From Somniosus microcephalus (taxonomy: Eukaryota), in NCBI GenBank assembly GCA_052327205.1, contig CM126207.1, forward strand, positions 189,906,001-189,970,000: a stretch of DNA of 64,000 nt, read 5' to 3'. The number at the start of each line of letters is the position of its first letter. Position 1 is the stretch's first letter. The position numbers and the translations under genes were made by a program. Shown here one piece after another: positions 63,649 to 64,000 of the stretch. The notes under the pieces were generated by a model that worked only from the letters and a program-made list of their open reading frames with translations, was not told the DNA's origin and did no database searches.

Positions 63649-64000
63649 CTGTGGAGAAGAAGAAGCTATTCAGACAATTATTATTTTTAAATATGAGTCA
63701 TATTTTGGTCCCATTTTCATGTCTTCAAAAGTGAATGTGGGGCCACCTGTGCCGCGATGTTTACCGGGGTGCTGGCTGCCTCACAGGAGAGGAGCTTGTG
63801 CTGTGCTCTCCTCCCCACTGAGGGGCCACAGGATCTGCCGAGAAGCCGCGTCCTACACGTAACCTCAGCTCAGAGATGGCGAAACCCAGCTGATGTCAGG
63901 GACTGCAAACCAATCTCATGAACCTCCGAGATGTTCGTTGCACGTGACCCCTGCAGCCACAGTGCTGAGCTGCTGTTGCAACAAAGAGAAGTTTACAAGG

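Overview
Repeat-rich vertebrate genomic DNA. The CR1 LINE, Deu-type SINE and fold-back repeat content suggests a cartilaginous fish (inference). The window holds the 3' halves of two convergent genes. BBS2 is on + with seven exons from 2227 to the TGA at 28327; their sizes (172/130/132/138/113/149/107) match human exons 11-17 as I recall them. NDRG4 is on - with seven exons from 63648 to the TAA at 34214, including a 39-nt cassette exon (IAYLVDRRLSSGAV) that the ORF track misses. All splice sites are GT-AG and the phases join in frame. Introns and the intergenic gap carry CR1 and L2 LINE fragments, several SINE families, a Tigger-like MITE with paired RFX X-box-like motifs, a multi-hairpin MITE family, Penelope-like fold-back elements and a decayed Ty3/Gypsy gag-pol. 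NDRG4 introns also hold a ~10.7-kb 31/33-bp satellite and a ~3.4-kb 33-bp minisatellite. I found no convincing novel protein-coding system; the long ORFs in the track are LINE fragments or tandem-repeat artefacts. The best leads are non-coding. Family names come from recalled motifs, not from a database search.
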